Assembly: GCA_038231135.1 (NCBI GenBank)
Contig: JBBRLX010000010.1
Span: forward strand, 1-64,000
Direction of reading: 5' to 3'
Length of the DNA stretch: 64,000 bases
Source of the DNA: Candidatus Eiseniibacteriota bacterium
Lineage (GTDB): Bacteria; Eisenbacteria; RBG-16-71-46
The notes under the pieces are model-generated. The model had not been told where the DNA came from. It did not search any database and saw only the letters and a list, made by a program, of their open reading frames with translations. Of this stretch, positions 9,844 to 19,905 are shown one piece after another (the stretch's first letter is position 1; each line of letters opens with the position of its first letter). Made by a program: the position numbers and the translations under genes.

Positions 9844-12800
9844 TCAGTGAGATCCGGCGGGCCGACTCTCTGCGGTGCGACCCTGCGGAGGCGTGGCGGG
9901 CGTCGGGGGCGACGTCGGCGTCGCCGCAGGCATGCGCTTGCCACGCTTGCCGCGCTCGATCGTGTACTGGATCTGGGCGCTGCTCTGGGCACCAGTTTCG
10001 GCCTCGAGCGTCCACCGCTTGTCGAGGAAGTACTGAACGCGCAGCGTGCTCATCTGATCCAGGATCCCGACACCGTAGTTCACGTAGACGCGGGGTGACA
10101 GGAACGTGCCGAGCATCAGGGACGCCGACTGGAACGAGCCGTTCTGGCTTTCGATCGAGGCCTGGTCGAGACCCACGGTGCGGGCGAGAGTGCCGGCCAG
10201 GTAGTTGCCGCCGTTGAGTCCGAGCGAGTTCGCGGCCTGGGTGACGATGCCGTTCTCGTTCTGGCTGCGCTGATCGAGCCCATGGCCGAGCACGACGTAG
10301 GCGAGCGCATCGCGGTCCGCCATCGGCGGGTCCGAGAACACCGACAACTGCGGCGCTTCGAGCGTGCCGTGCACCTCGAACCCCGCGGTCACGCCGTCCT
10401 TGGCCTTGCGGGACGCGCGCACACTGAGGCCGGGATTCTCGATCGGGCCCCCCGCGAACTCGAGCCGGCCGGTCTCGATCGTCAGACTCTGTCCGTAGGC
10501 CTTGTAGGTGCCGTTCGTGATCACGAGGCTGCCGGTGCCCGTGGTGGGCTGGCCGGGAAGCTCGATCGCGAGCACGCTGCCCGTTGGCTTCGCGTCGAGC
10601 CCATAGGCCCGCACGCGCACGTCCTGGCCGAGCACGAGGCGCACTTCGCTGTGCACCTTGAACACCGGGCGCGGGGTCGTGACCGCGGTCCTGCCGACGA
10701 AGACGACGTCGGGCGACGGCACGACCGCCAGGTTCGTCTCGGCCTTGCCGCGGATGTCCGCGCGCGGCACGCGCACCTGGCCAGTGAGCACCAGCGAATC
10801 GTTGTCCATCGACAGCTCGAGGTTCGGCGACACGTACACCGACATGTCGGACGTGTGCATCGCGGTGAGATCCTTGCCCGCGAGCGTCGCGTGGGCGTGC
10901 TGCACGCCGTTCGCGGCGACCTGCGCGTCGCCCTGCAGGGTCACGCGGCCGGTCCCCGAGCGCAGGCCGCCGTCGAACGTCAGGTGCCCGGCGGCGTCGC
11001 TGCGTGCGGAGAACGCGATGTCGCGCAGCTCGAGACCCAGTCGGGGCACGTTCGCCGTGCCCTGCGCGAGCTTCGCGTCGCCGGCGACCCGGGGCTTGCC
11101 GGTCGTGCCGTCGAGCGCGAGGTTCGCGTCCAGCGTCCCGTGGGTCTCCGCCAGGCCGTCGATGAATCCCTGGAGCATGCCGAGATCCCCGAGCCGGAGT
11201 TGCAGATGGCCATCGATGGGCTGCGTGCCCGCGGCGAGGCGCGTGGTACGGAACCCCGGCAGGCGCACGTCGAGCTGGACGGTGCCCGCCCCCGCGAAGC
11301 CGAGCCCGGCCCCGGCCCTGAGTCCGGTGTCGTCGCCGTGCAGGGTGATCGAGCTGCGTTCGAGCGGCCGCGTCTCGCGCCGGCCGCTCGCGACGGGATA
11401 CGAGATCTCGCCGGGCCCGAGGTCGAGCCGGGCGTCGCCCAGCACGCGATCGCCCATGCCGTGCAGGTCGATCGTGCCGCTGGCGGATCCCGTGATTCCG
11501 AGGTTGGGGGGCACGAACGGCCCGAGCAGCGCGAGCCGGGCGCGCTCGAACGTGGATTGCAACGACCACGTCCGCTCGCCCGTCACGTCCCAGGCCGCGT
11601 CGGCGCAGACTCGCGACGAGTCGGAGCGCCAGCAGAACTCCCGCAGCGTCCCCCGCTCGGCGCTCGCCGCGAGCACAGCCGGATGCTCGAGCGTCCAGTT
11701 GCCGGCGGCCTTCGTGAACACGTCGAGCGTGGCGAGGTGGCCCTGCCAGTCGCGCGCGGCGAGCCCGCCGTCGAGCGCGAGTCGAAGGCTGTCGAGCTGC
11801 GCGCGTGCCGTGGCCTCGATCCGGTGGGAGCGCAGGCTGCCCGTCGCGTGCACGCCCAGATGGTCGATGCGCCGGTTCGGGAGCCGCACGACGGCGGCGT
11901 CGAACTGGAGCTCGAGCGGACCGTTGTCGCGAGTGTCGATGTCGGCGTTCCACGCCAGCCGGTCGATGCCGACCGTGTTCAGCCGCAGCGAGTCGCCGCG
12001 CGCCGTGGCCGCGAACCGGGGCGCGAGGCGCGGGCCGGTCACGGTGCCGTTTGCCGCAAGCCGCCCCGCGCCGCGCGGAATGGCCGACAGGTTCGGCGCG
12101 TCGAGCGCCCACGTGATGCCCCATTGCGCGCCCGAGCTGCCCGACGCCGTCAGCCGGTTGCCGCCCCACGTCAGCGCCACCGCCGGGAGCGTGTAGTCGA
12201 GCCCGGTGAAGTTCATCGTGCCCTGCCCCGAGACCGGCTGTGCCCGCAGGGTACCCGAGAGCTGGCGCAACTCCACCGTGCCCACCGGGCCCGCCTTCGT
12301 CATGTGGCCCGCCGTCGTGGCCGTGAACGCGAGCTGGCCCGTCATGCCGGGCCAGTGGGTCGCGGGGTCGACGCCGCGGCCGGCGAGGTCCACCCGCCAG
12401 GTGGCGGCCGGCAGCCACGCCACGGCGCCGCTGCCCGTGACTGCGCCGCCGAGCACGACGCCGTGCAACGACGGGAACGTGGCGGAGTTCATGTCGCCGG
12501 TGCCGCTCGCCTGCCACTGCATCGCCGGGAGCTGAGGCGTGTGGAGCTGGCTCTGGGCGGTGATCCGGTAGCGATCGATCGTGCCCAGCAGTTTCAGGCT
12601 GCCGCGTTCGCTCGTGACCACGGGGGGCGCATTGAGCGGCCAGTCGAGATCGTGCCAGTTCGCGTCGACCTGAAGATTGCGCGCCGTGGACCCGATGCCC
12701 ACCGAACCACTGGCGACGAGCTGGCCGCGGCCGCGCGCCGGCGTCAGCGTCGCGCGCCGGACGCGCAACACGTCCTTCTTGCGCTCGGCGTCGTAGACGA

Positions 12801-13749
12801 GTTGGAGCCTGCCCCAATCCGTGGTCGTGGCGCGGATCGCGCCGCGGCTCGTGAAGTCCTCGAGCCGCCCGGTCACGTCGAGCGTGCCGCTCGCGTGCCC
12901 CGCCGGCAGCGTCGGGTCGAACGCTCGCGAGTCGAAATCGTCGAGCAGCACGCGTCCGTTGACGCGGAGGTCGCGGAGCGGCTGGTACGCCAGCAGATCG
13001 ACGCGGGCGCGGATCGGCGCGGTCATCGTCTGCTGAATGCGCAGCGTGTCGAGGTTGCCGACCACCCGGCCGCCGCCGTGGAGATCGGCGCGGCCCGGCG
13101 GGTGCAGCGTCCAGTTCAGCATCAGGTCCAGGGCGTAGCGGCCCCTGGTGCGGCCGCCGCCTTTGAGCTCCAGGTCGCCCCACGCCGAGCGCAGTGCGAG
13201 CGATCCCACCGACAGCGTGTCGCGGAACGCCACCGATTTCATCGTGACGCGCTCGATCACGATCGCGGTGTCGGGGCGCACCGTGCTGTCCGCCGACGTC
13301 GAGACGATCCGCAGGTCATGAATCGTGACGGACTGGATCATGATGTCGAGCGGCAGGTTCAAGTCCGGCAGCGAGGAGGTGTCCGCGCTGGCGAGCTTCT
13401 CGCCCTTGGACGCCACTTCGACGCGCACGTTGTCGGCGTCGAGCTGCCGGATGTTGAGCCGCTTGAGCAGCAGTCCGCGCAGGCTCCAATGGATCGCGAG
13501 CCGGTCCATCGTCACCTGCAGCCGGTCCGAGTGGTAGCTGAGATTCCTCACCTCGAGCGGCCCGCGGATCGATCCCGCGAGCGATCCCACCTGGAGCTTG
13601 CCGGGGAGCGCCGCCCCCAGCCGGTCGAATGCGAAGATCGCGCCCCGCTCGGTGGTCACCATCCACCAGCCCGCACCGAGTCCCAGCACCGCGATCAGGC
13701 CGGCCCCGGTGAGAACCGCTACGAGGATGTGTCGCGTGCGCGGGGTCAC
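9844..13749 (-). CDS. tamB: Translocation and assembly module TamB
   Basis: N-terminal TM anchor, long beta-rich repetitive body and C-terminal DUF490-like region (G.YKAYGQSL.IE.GRL.F.G.P..NP.L, ALAYVVLG). GTG start overlaps the tamA stop (GTGA). Confidence 0.88.
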   Translation of the reverse strand: MTPRTRHILVAVLTGAGLIAVLGLGAGWWMVTTERGAIFAFDRLGAALPGKLQVGSLAGSIRGPLEVRNLSYHSDRLQVTMDRLAIHWSLRGLLLKRLNIRQLDADNVRVEVASKGEKLASADTSSLPDLNLPLDIMIQSVTIHDLRIVSTSADSTVRPDTAIVIERVTMKSVAFRDTLSVGSLALRSAWGDLELKGGGRTRGRYALDLMLNWTLHPPGRADLHGGGRVVGNLDTLRIQQTMTAPIRARVDLLAYQPLRDLRVNGRVLLDDFDSRAFDPTLPAGHASGTLDVTGRLEDFTSRGAIRATTTDWGRLQLVYDAERKKDVLRVRRATLTPARGRGQLVASGSVGIGSTARNLQVDANWHDLDWPLNAPPVVTSERGSLKLLGTIDRYRITAQSQLHTPQLPAMQWQASGTGDMNSATFPSLHGVVLGGAVTGSGAVAWLPAATWRVDLAGRGVDPATHWPGMTGQLAFTATTAGHMTKAGPVGTVELRQLSGTLRAQPVSGQGTMNFTGLDYTLPAVALTWGGNRLTASGSSGAQWGITWALDAPNLSAIPRGAGRLAANGTVTGPRLAPRFAATARGDSLRLNTVGIDRLAWNADIDTRDNGPLELQFDAAVVRLPNRRIDHLGVHATGSLRSHRIEATARAQLDSLRLALDGGLAARDWQGHLATLDVFTKAAGNWTLEHPAVLAASAERGTLREFCWRSDSSRVCADAAWDVTGERTWSLQSTFERARLALLGPFVPPNLGITGSASGTIDLHGMGDRVLGDARLDLGPGEISYPVASGRRETRPLERSSITLHGDDTGLRAGAGLGFAGAGTVQLDVRLPGFRTTRLAAGTQPIDGHLQLRLGDLGMLQGFIDGLAETHGTLDANLALDGTTGKPRVAGDAKLAQGTANVPRLGLELRDIAFSARSDAAGHLTFDGGLRSGTGRVTLQGDAQVAANGVQHAHATLAGKDLTAMHTSDMSVYVSPNLELSMDNDSLVLTGQVRVPRADIRGKAETNLAVVPSPDVVFVGRTAVTTPRPVFKVHSEVRLVLGQDVRVRAYGLDAKPTGSVLAIELPGQPTTGTGSLVITNGTYKAYGQSLTIETGRLEFAGGPIENPGLSVRASRKAKDGVTAGFEVHGTLEAPQLSVFSDPPMADRDALAYVVLGHGLDQRSQNENGIVTQAANSLGLNGGNYLAGTLARTVGLDQASIESQNGSFQSASLMLGTFLSPRVYVNYGVGILDQMSTLRVQYFLDKRWTLEAETGAQSSAQIQYTIERGKRGKRMPAATPTSPPTPATPPQGRTAESRPAGSH

Positions 13750-15536
13750 AGGTCGGGTCCGATCGAGACGTGAACCTGCATGCGCCGGCGGTTGCCCGTC
13801 AGCGGAATCCCGAGATCGAGGCGCACGAGACCCACCGGGGACAGCCAGCGCACGCCGGCGCCGGTGCCCTCGGCGAGCTGGGTCTGTCCGCGCGCGAGCG
13901 CATTCCCCGCGTCGAAGAACGTGGCCGCGCCCCAGAACTTGCTGAAGCGGTATTCGTATTCGAGGCTCGCGACCGCGAGCGCCGAGCCGCCGGTGACGTG
14001 GCCGGTCGAATCGCGGGGCCCCAGGCTCAGGTATTCGTAGCCGCGCACGCTCTGCGCGCCGCCCGCGAAGAACCGCGCCGAGGGCGGGAGCTTGTGGAAT
14101 TCCGTGGTCCACGTGTAGCCGCCGTTCACGCGCAGCAGGAAGCGATGGCTGCGGGCGAACGTCTGGACCCACTTGGGCTCGATCTCGACGCGCGCGTAGC
14201 TGGCGGCGGACAGCAGGCTCTTGTGGGCGCCCGATACGCGGAATCGCAGGCGGCGGCCGTTGCCGGGGTCGACCGGATCATCGGTGTCGAGCCGTCCCCA
14301 GCCGGCTTCGGGGACGAGGAAGCTCTCGGTGGCCTTGTCGATGCCGACCTCGAAGTTCTCCCGGCGGAAGTTGAGTCCGAACGTCTCGTTCCACCCCGAC
14401 CACAGTCGCGTCATCCCGGCGCCGACGAACGTCGTCCGCTGGAGGCTCGTCGTGGTGTTGAGCGCCCGATACCCCCCCGAGAACGTCAGCACGTCCGAGC
14501 GCGGAAACGGCCACGGCACCGCGTACTGGGCCGCCACCGATTGTTCGATCGCCGACAGTGTCCCGTCGGCCTCCGCCCGGTGGCCGCGGCGATTGATGCG
14601 CCGCAGCTCGGCGATCCCGTTGGTGCGGGGCCCGCCGTCCGTGCCGTAACCGACGCCGAGCGTGTACTTCTCGGGCTTCGCCGGCACCAGGTCGACCACG
14701 ATCGGCAGCTCGTTGCCCACGGCCGCCGAGCGGTCGGGCCGCACTTCGACCCGGCTGAAGTAGGGACTCTTGTTGAGCGACTCCTCGAGCACCAGCAGCT
14801 TGTTGAAGTCGATCACCTCGCCCCGCTTGAACGTCACGTAACCCGCCAGCAGATTCGGATCGACGACGTCCTGCCGGAACGTGACCGGCCCGAAATGGTA
14901 CTGGGGGCCGGTAGCGTAGACGAGCACGATGCGGGCGGTGTACCGGGTGAGATCCACCTCGAGGTCGTGCTGCGAGAACTGGGCGTCGAGGTAGCCGTGC
15001 CGCATCGCGGCGACGAGGAACACCTTCTTCGCGGCCTCGTAGGTGGGGTGCACGAGCACGTCACCGCGGCGCAACGGGAAGCCGATCGCGAGCCCGCGGA
15101 ACAGCGGGTCGTTCTCGCCGGCCCCGGTGATGAGGACCTGGACCGAGTCCACGGTCATGGGCGGGCCGGGTTCGACGTCGAAGTGCGCGGTGAACGACCG
15201 CCCTTGATTCGTGAGTTCGGCCTGCACGATCGGGCTGTAGTAGCCGAACGGTTCGATCGCTTCGTGGATTTCCTTGTCGGCGTGCGCGTAGTTCTCGCGG
15301 ATCGCGGCTTCGGTGTTGACACCCTTGTGCGCGATTCCCAGGTTCACGAGCACGTTGCGGCGCAGGTCGCCCTTCACACCGTCGATCTTGACGGACACGT
15401 GCGCGCGCGGGGCGCCGCTCGCGGCGGCGGCCCGATGAGCAGGGAGCGCCGACAGCGCGACCATGGTGAGCGCGGTGATGATCTCGAGGGCGGTCCGGTG
15501 GCCGCGGGAGCGGAGGGCTTTCGATGGTTCGGTCAT
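13746..15536 (-). CDS. tamA: Omp85-family TamA (autotransporter assembly)
   Basis: Signal peptide, POTRA-like N-part (EPFGYY), GVGYGTD.GP, RFFAGGAQSVRGY, G.GVRW.SPVG.VRLD, C-terminal SIGPDL. Confidence 0.92.
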   Translation of the reverse strand: MTEPSKALRSRGHRTALEIITALTMVALSALPAHRAAAASGAPRAHVSVKIDGVKGDLRRNVLVNLGIAHKGVNTEAAIRENYAHADKEIHEAIEPFGYYSPIVQAELTNQGRSFTAHFDVEPGPPMTVDSVQVLITGAGENDPLFRGLAIGFPLRRGDVLVHPTYEAAKKVFLVAAMRHGYLDAQFSQHDLEVDLTRYTARIVLVYATGPQYHFGPVTFRQDVVDPNLLAGYVTFKRGEVIDFNKLLVLEESLNKSPYFSRVEVRPDRSAAVGNELPIVVDLVPAKPEKYTLGVGYGTDGGPRTNGIAELRRINRRGHRAEADGTLSAIEQSVAAQYAVPWPFPRSDVLTFSGGYRALNTTTSLQRTTFVGAGMTRLWSGWNETFGLNFRRENFEVGIDKATESFLVPEAGWGRLDTDDPVDPGNGRRLRFRVSGAHKSLLSAASYARVEIEPKWVQTFARSHRFLLRVNGGYTWTTEFHKLPPSARFFAGGAQSVRGYEYLSLGPRDSTGHVTGGSALAVASLEYEYRFSKFWGAATFFDAGNALARGQTQLAEGTGAGVRWLSPVGLVRLDLGIPLTGNRRRMQVHVSIGPDL

Positions 15537-15735
15537 GGTCCGACCGCGCCCATGCATAGGATGGGCCGCAATCGAACAACGCGCCGGTGGCCCGTATTCA
15601 GCGGCCGTTCGCGATCCGCTTTGCAGAAACTGCCCATTCACGAGCGGCTTCGGCCGACCCTCGTCCCGCTCGATTGCGGCTCAGCGCGGATCTCGACGTG
15701 GTTCCGTAAATGACAAGACCGGGTCGCCGGAGTCC

Positions 15736-16521
15736 TCAGCGGAACAGGCGCACGTAGGCGTTGAGCACCTGGGCGCCCCACAGGAACGCGACCATGGCGG
15801 ACGGGGCGAGCAGCGTTCCGAACGGCAGCGCGGTGAGCCCGTCGCCCCGGCGGCGCAGCATCAGGACGCCGCCCCAGATCGTTCCCGCCAGCGCCGCGAG
15901 GAACAGCGTGAGCAGCGTGAGCTGCCAGCCCAGCACCGCGCCGAACATCGCCGCGAGCTTGATGTCGCCGCCGCCCATACCCTCGATCTTGCGGACGCGC
16001 AGATAGCCCCAGGCGAGCAGCCACAGGATGCCGCTGCCGGCGACCACGCCGAGCAGCGCATGGCGGGCGCCGCCGGGAATCAGCAGCGCCGCGGCGATGG
16101 CGATCAGCGTGCCTGGCAGCGTCAGCACGTCGGGCAGGAGCTGGAAGTCGAGATCGATCCACACCAGCGCGATCAGCAGGAATCCCCACAGCGCCAGCAG
16201 TGGGTAGGTCCAGGCGAACCCCACCTGCCGGAGCAGCAGCACCGCCCACGCCGCGCACAGCAGTTCCGTGATGGGGTATCGCAGGGACACACGATGTTCG
16301 CAGTGGCGACACCGGCCGCGATTCAGAGCCCACGAGAGCACCGGAATCAGGTCCACGGGACCGAGCGGATGGCCGCAGCTCGGGCATGCCGAGCGGCCAC
16401 GCGTCCAGGACGCGCCTCGTGGCACTCGCCAGGCGATCGCCGTCACGGCGCTGCCCATGACCAGCCCGAACAGGGCGGCGAGGATCAGGCTCAGCGGGTC
16501 GGTCGGAACCATGGTTTCCAT
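15736..16521 (-). CDS. pilD: Prepilin peptidase/N-methyltransferase (A24A)
   Basis: RSACPSC..CRHC zinc motifs, WIDLD and GMGGGDIKL catalytic Asp motifs, LPFGT. Confidence 0.93.
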   Translation of the reverse strand: METMVPTDPLSLILAALFGLVMGSAVTAIAWRVPRGASWTRGRSACPSCGHPLGPVDLIPVLSWALNRGRCRHCEHRVSLRYPITELLCAAWAVLLLRQVGFAWTYPLLALWGFLLIALVWIDLDFQLLPDVLTLPGTLIAIAAALLIPGGARHALLGVVAGSGILWLLAWGYLRVRKIEGMGGGDIKLAAMFGAVLGWQLTLLTLFLAALAGTIWGGVLMLRRRGDGLTALPFGTLLAPSAMVAFLWGAQVLNAYVRLFR

Positions 16522-16596
16522 TGAAGGGTGGAGCGACGTCTGTCAGACTGACGGTGAAACGTGAATGAATGAGACCCCAGCGGAGTCGCTTTCCAG

Positions 16597-16917
16597 GTGC
16601 GCATCGTTCTCTTTCTGGCCATATTGGCCAATAGCCTCGATCTGGTCGGTACGGCGCTGGGCATCCACTGGCTCGGCAACCGCGAGGGCAATCCGTTGCT
16701 CGCGGGACTCGCTCAGAATCACTGGCTGCTGTTCGTCCTGCTCAAGGGCGCGCTGATTCCCCTGCTCATCGTCCAGCTCTACCGCTACCGCATCACCGCG
16801 CCCCGGCTCGCCTCGTTCGGAATGGCGCTCGTCACCGTGGCGCTCACCGTCGCGGTCGGCCAGTGGCTCGGCTGGATCGCAGGAGTACTGCGCGTCGCCT
16901 CATTCGCCCACTTGTAG
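16597..16917 (+). CDS. Small membrane protein, DUF5658-like
   Basis: N.LD...T....E.NP pattern followed by K in TM2; 106 aa with 3 hydrophobic segments. Confidence 0.6.
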   Translation: MRIVLFLAILANSLDLVGTALGIHWLGNREGNPLLAGLAQNHWLLFVLLKGALIPLLIVQLYRYRITAPRLASFGMALVTVALTVAVGQWLGWIAGVLRVASFAHL

Positions 16918-16977
16918 GCGACACCCCGCCCACACCGTCCGGTTCACGTCATCGGCAGTTTCCGGCCCGGTCGTGAG

Positions 16978-18270
16978 CTACTGCTGCTCCGCCAGGATCC
17001 GCGGCGTCACCTCGATCACCAGGTCCTTCTTGGTCGTGGTGATGGACTGGTGCTGGAACAGGTAGCCGATCACCGGGATCGAGCCCAGGAACGGGACCCG
17101 CGCGACGGTGTTGGTCTTCTCCTCGCTCAGCAGCCCCCCGATGATCACCGAGTTGCCGTCCTTGAGGCGCACCGTCGTGCTCGCCTGGCGCGTCGCCACC
17201 ACCGGCAGGTCCGCGTTGACGCCCTGGAACCCGATCACCGAGCTGACCTCGGGGTTGATCGTGGTGGTGATGTAGCCGTCGGCGTTGATCAGCGGCGTGA
17301 TGTGCAGCTTGATGCCGACCTCCTCGCGCTGGATGGTCTGGGTGGGCGCCGCAGCTCCGTTTGCGAACACCGTGCTCGACACGGTGTAGGGGATCCTCGT
17401 GCCGATCAGGATCGACGCCTCACGGCCGTTGAGCGTGGCGATTTTCGGATTGGCGAGCACGCGCGCGTTGCCGTCGCGGATCAGCAGATCCAGTGTCACC
17501 TGGAATAGTTGTGCCTCGCGCGAGAAGTTGTGGAACTTGAAGATGTCAGCAGTGCCCGGTGTGTTCGGGAACGCCTTGAGTCCGGACGTGGAGATACTCG
17601 AGTCGTAGTTGCCTTCGACGAACAGGAATCCCCGGCTGCTCAGCGCCTCCCAGTCGATCCCGAGCTTCTTCGTGGCGTCGGTCGACACCTCCACGATGCG
17701 CGCCTCCAGCATCACCTGGCGTGCCGGGACGTCGAGCGTCTTCACGATATCGCGGATCTCCGCGATCACGCGCGGGCTGGTGACGATGATCATGCGGTTC
17801 GATCCCGGATCGATCTGCACCTGGTCCGCGAGGTTCTTGATCGCCACCTGCACGTCCTTGGCGTCGGCGTACTTGAGGTCGACGACGTACGACGAGAGTC
17901 CGGTCTCGTCCTTGAGTGACTTGGCGTCCGCAACCAGGATCGAGTTGCCGATGCGCTCGTAGGCCAGTCCCGCGGCGCGCACCACGAGATTCACCGCCTG
18001 GTCGATCGGCACGTCCTTCATGTGGATCGACAGCCGGCCGGCCGTGACGCCTGGGCCGGTGACGATGTTGAGGTTGCCCTTTTCGGCCAGGATCTTGAGC
18101 ACGGTCGGGAGATAGGCGTCCTCGGCATCGAGCGTGATGAGACTGTCTGCTGCCCGCGACATGGTCGCGGGCAACACGAACACTGATGCGGCGAGAATCG
18201 CCGCGGCAGTCAGGCCGCGCACGATGGCATGACGAGACGGACCGGCAGGCCAGCCCTGGATGGAGTTCAC
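16978..18270 (-). CDS. pilQ: Secretin (PilQ/GspD family), compact form
   Basis: Signal peptide, STN-like and Secretin_N-like domains, QVMLEARIVEV, ANPKIATLNG.EA.I..G, VGIKL.ITP, IGGL, VPFLGSIP.IG.LF. Confidence 0.88.
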   Translation of the reverse strand: MNSIQGWPAGPSRHAIVRGLTAAAILAASVFVLPATMSRAADSLITLDAEDAYLPTVLKILAEKGNLNIVTGPGVTAGRLSIHMKDVPIDQAVNLVVRAAGLAYERIGNSILVADAKSLKDETGLSSYVVDLKYADAKDVQVAIKNLADQVQIDPGSNRMIIVTSPRVIAEIRDIVKTLDVPARQVMLEARIVEVSTDATKKLGIDWEALSSRGFLFVEGNYDSSISTSGLKAFPNTPGTADIFKFHNFSREAQLFQVTLDLLIRDGNARVLANPKIATLNGREASILIGTRIPYTVSSTVFANGAAAPTQTIQREEVGIKLHITPLINADGYITTTINPEVSSVIGFQGVNADLPVVATRQASTTVRLKDGNSVIIGGLLSEEKTNTVARVPFLGSIPVIGYLFQHQSITTTKKDLVIEVTPRILAEQQ

Positions 18271-18782
18271 GGTTGATCCCCTTTCTTCGCCAGAGTCAGA
18301 ACCACCTGCTGGCCGTCGCGTTCCAGCACGACCTCGGTGGGGCGGATGCTCTTCACGGTGAAATCTGCAAACAGCGTGTTCTCCCGCACGGAAATGTCGC
18401 GGCCTTCCCAGCGCACGGTTGCCCGGGGATCCTGGTCCCAGATGATCGCGGTGAGTGTCGGCTGCTCCGGCACCGGTGCGGGCGCGGAGGCAGGAGTGAC
18501 AGTCGTGGGCTTCTTCGGGCGCGGCGCGGTCGAACGCGCCGCTGGAGTTCCCGAGGAACCGAAGCCGAACGGATCCCGTACCGCCGCGGGCACGGGATCC
18601 GACGGCGGCTGCGACAGCATCGCGTCGAGATTGGCATATGGGTTCTCGGGTTGCACTCGGGTCCTTGCGGACGCCTGCCAGGCTCCGGAAGCGCGCAACG
18701 CGCCCATCGTCGATTGCACGACGAGCACGAGCACCATGATGCCGACGAGCGGCGCGACCAGGCTGCGCGGATCGATCTTCAC
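18267..18782 (-). CDS. PilP/GspC-like alignment protein
   Basis: N-terminal TM, RDPF motif, Pro-rich linker and C-terminal beta domain; positioned between pilO and the secretin. Confidence 0.6.
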   Translation of the reverse strand: MKIDPRSLVAPLVGIMVLVLVVQSTMGALRASGAWQASARTRVQPENPYANLDAMLSQPPSDPVPAAVRDPFGFGSSGTPAARSTAPRPKKPTTVTPASAPAPVPEQPTLTAIIWDQDPRATVRWEGRDISVRENTLFADFTVKSIRPTEVVLERDGQQVVLTLAKKGDQP

Positions 18783-19336
18783 GGACGTTTCACATCCTGC
18801 TTGAGGACGAGCCGGCTCACCCAGATGTCGAGCATCTCGTGAGCGGGTTCCTGCGATACCAGCGTGAAGCGATCGACGGCGATCAGTGTCTTGCTGCGGG
18901 CGAGATCATCGAACAGACTCACCAGTTGATCGTAACGTCCACGAACCTTCAAGTACGCGCGCACCTGGACGGAATGGCTCTCCTGGGTCACGGCACCCGG
19001 TTCCGTCATCATCACCTCCATGCCGTGTTGGCCGAGCATGCGCGTGAAGTCCTCAAGGAGCCGCGCGGTGAGCACCCCCGAATTGCCCAGATCCTGGGCC
19101 TGGGCTGATGGCAGCGCGTTGTCCGCGACCAGTGCGAACACCCGCGGTGGCAGCATGACGGGCGCCTTTTCGGGATCGAGCGACAGTCCCAGTTCGGATG
19201 CCTGTTTCACGGCAGCGCCGTACCGGCGCGCGGTCGGTTGGAAGAATACCTGGTGTACCAGCGAGAAGATCGCGAACAGGCCCACGGCTCCCACCAGCGG
19301 CCAGTGCCGGCGCAGCTCGATGGCCGTCATCGACAT
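18779..19336 (-). CDS. PilO/GspM-like inner-membrane protein
   Basis: Single N-terminal TM, C-terminal V.G.Y..L..LF..L...LI.VD pattern; stop/start coupled to neighbours. Confidence 0.65.
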   Translation of the reverse strand: MSMTAIELRRHWPLVGAVGLFAIFSLVHQVFFQPTARRYGAAVKQASELGLSLDPEKAPVMLPPRVFALVADNALPSAQAQDLGNSGVLTARLLEDFTRMLGQHGMEVMMTEPGAVTQESHSVQVRAYLKVRGRYDQLVSLFDDLARSKTLIAVDRFTLVSQEPAHEMLDIWVSRLVLKQDVKRP

Positions 19337-19905
19337 TCGATCACGAACTCGGCGCTGCCGTCCGCGGTTTCGGACACGCGGGTGGACGCGAGCTTGATGT
19401 TCGAATAGCCCGCAGCGAACGTGGAGTCGTTGTGCAGCGTCGACACGATCTGCATGACGCTCTGCATGCGGTCCACCGATCCGCTGGGACGGACAACTCC
19501 CGTGATGACGAGCTTGTTCTGTTCGGCGGGCGCGTTCAGGTTCTGGGGATTCACCGACAACGACGAGATCCTGACGTTGGGAGGCAGGATCGCCGACAGC
19601 CGGAGCAGTCGGTTGCGCCAGCCCCGCGGATTCTGCACATAGCTCTGGAGCTGTTCGATCTCGCTCGACCGCACCGTCCAGTCGGCCGAGGAGCCCTGCT
19701 GCTGGCGGAGTCGGTTCGCATCGCGCTGGAGCTGAGCGAGTCGCTGTTGCAACGAGATGCAGTTGAGCCCGTAGAGTCCCATCAGCACACCCATCACGCC
19801 GAAGTATGCGACCCACACACCGAGCATGATCACGCGGCGTCGCGCCATCGCGAGATCGCGCAGGTAGGCCTCGCGGTGGAAGTTGATCGTGAACACCGGG
19901 CTCAT
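19327..19905 (-). CDS. pilN: PilN-like protein
   Basis: N-terminal INF motif (INLL-like), TM, coiled coil, L..ILPPNV.I.SL; ATGA overlap with pilM. Confidence 0.75.
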   Translation of the reverse strand: MSPVFTINFHREAYLRDLAMARRRVIMLGVWVAYFGVMGVLMGLYGLNCISLQQRLAQLQRDANRLRQQQGSSADWTVRSSEIEQLQSYVQNPRGWRNRLLRLSAILPPNVRISSLSVNPQNLNAPAEQNKLVITGVVRPSGSVDRMQSVMQIVSTLHNDSTFAAGYSNIKLASTRVSETADGSAEFVIECR

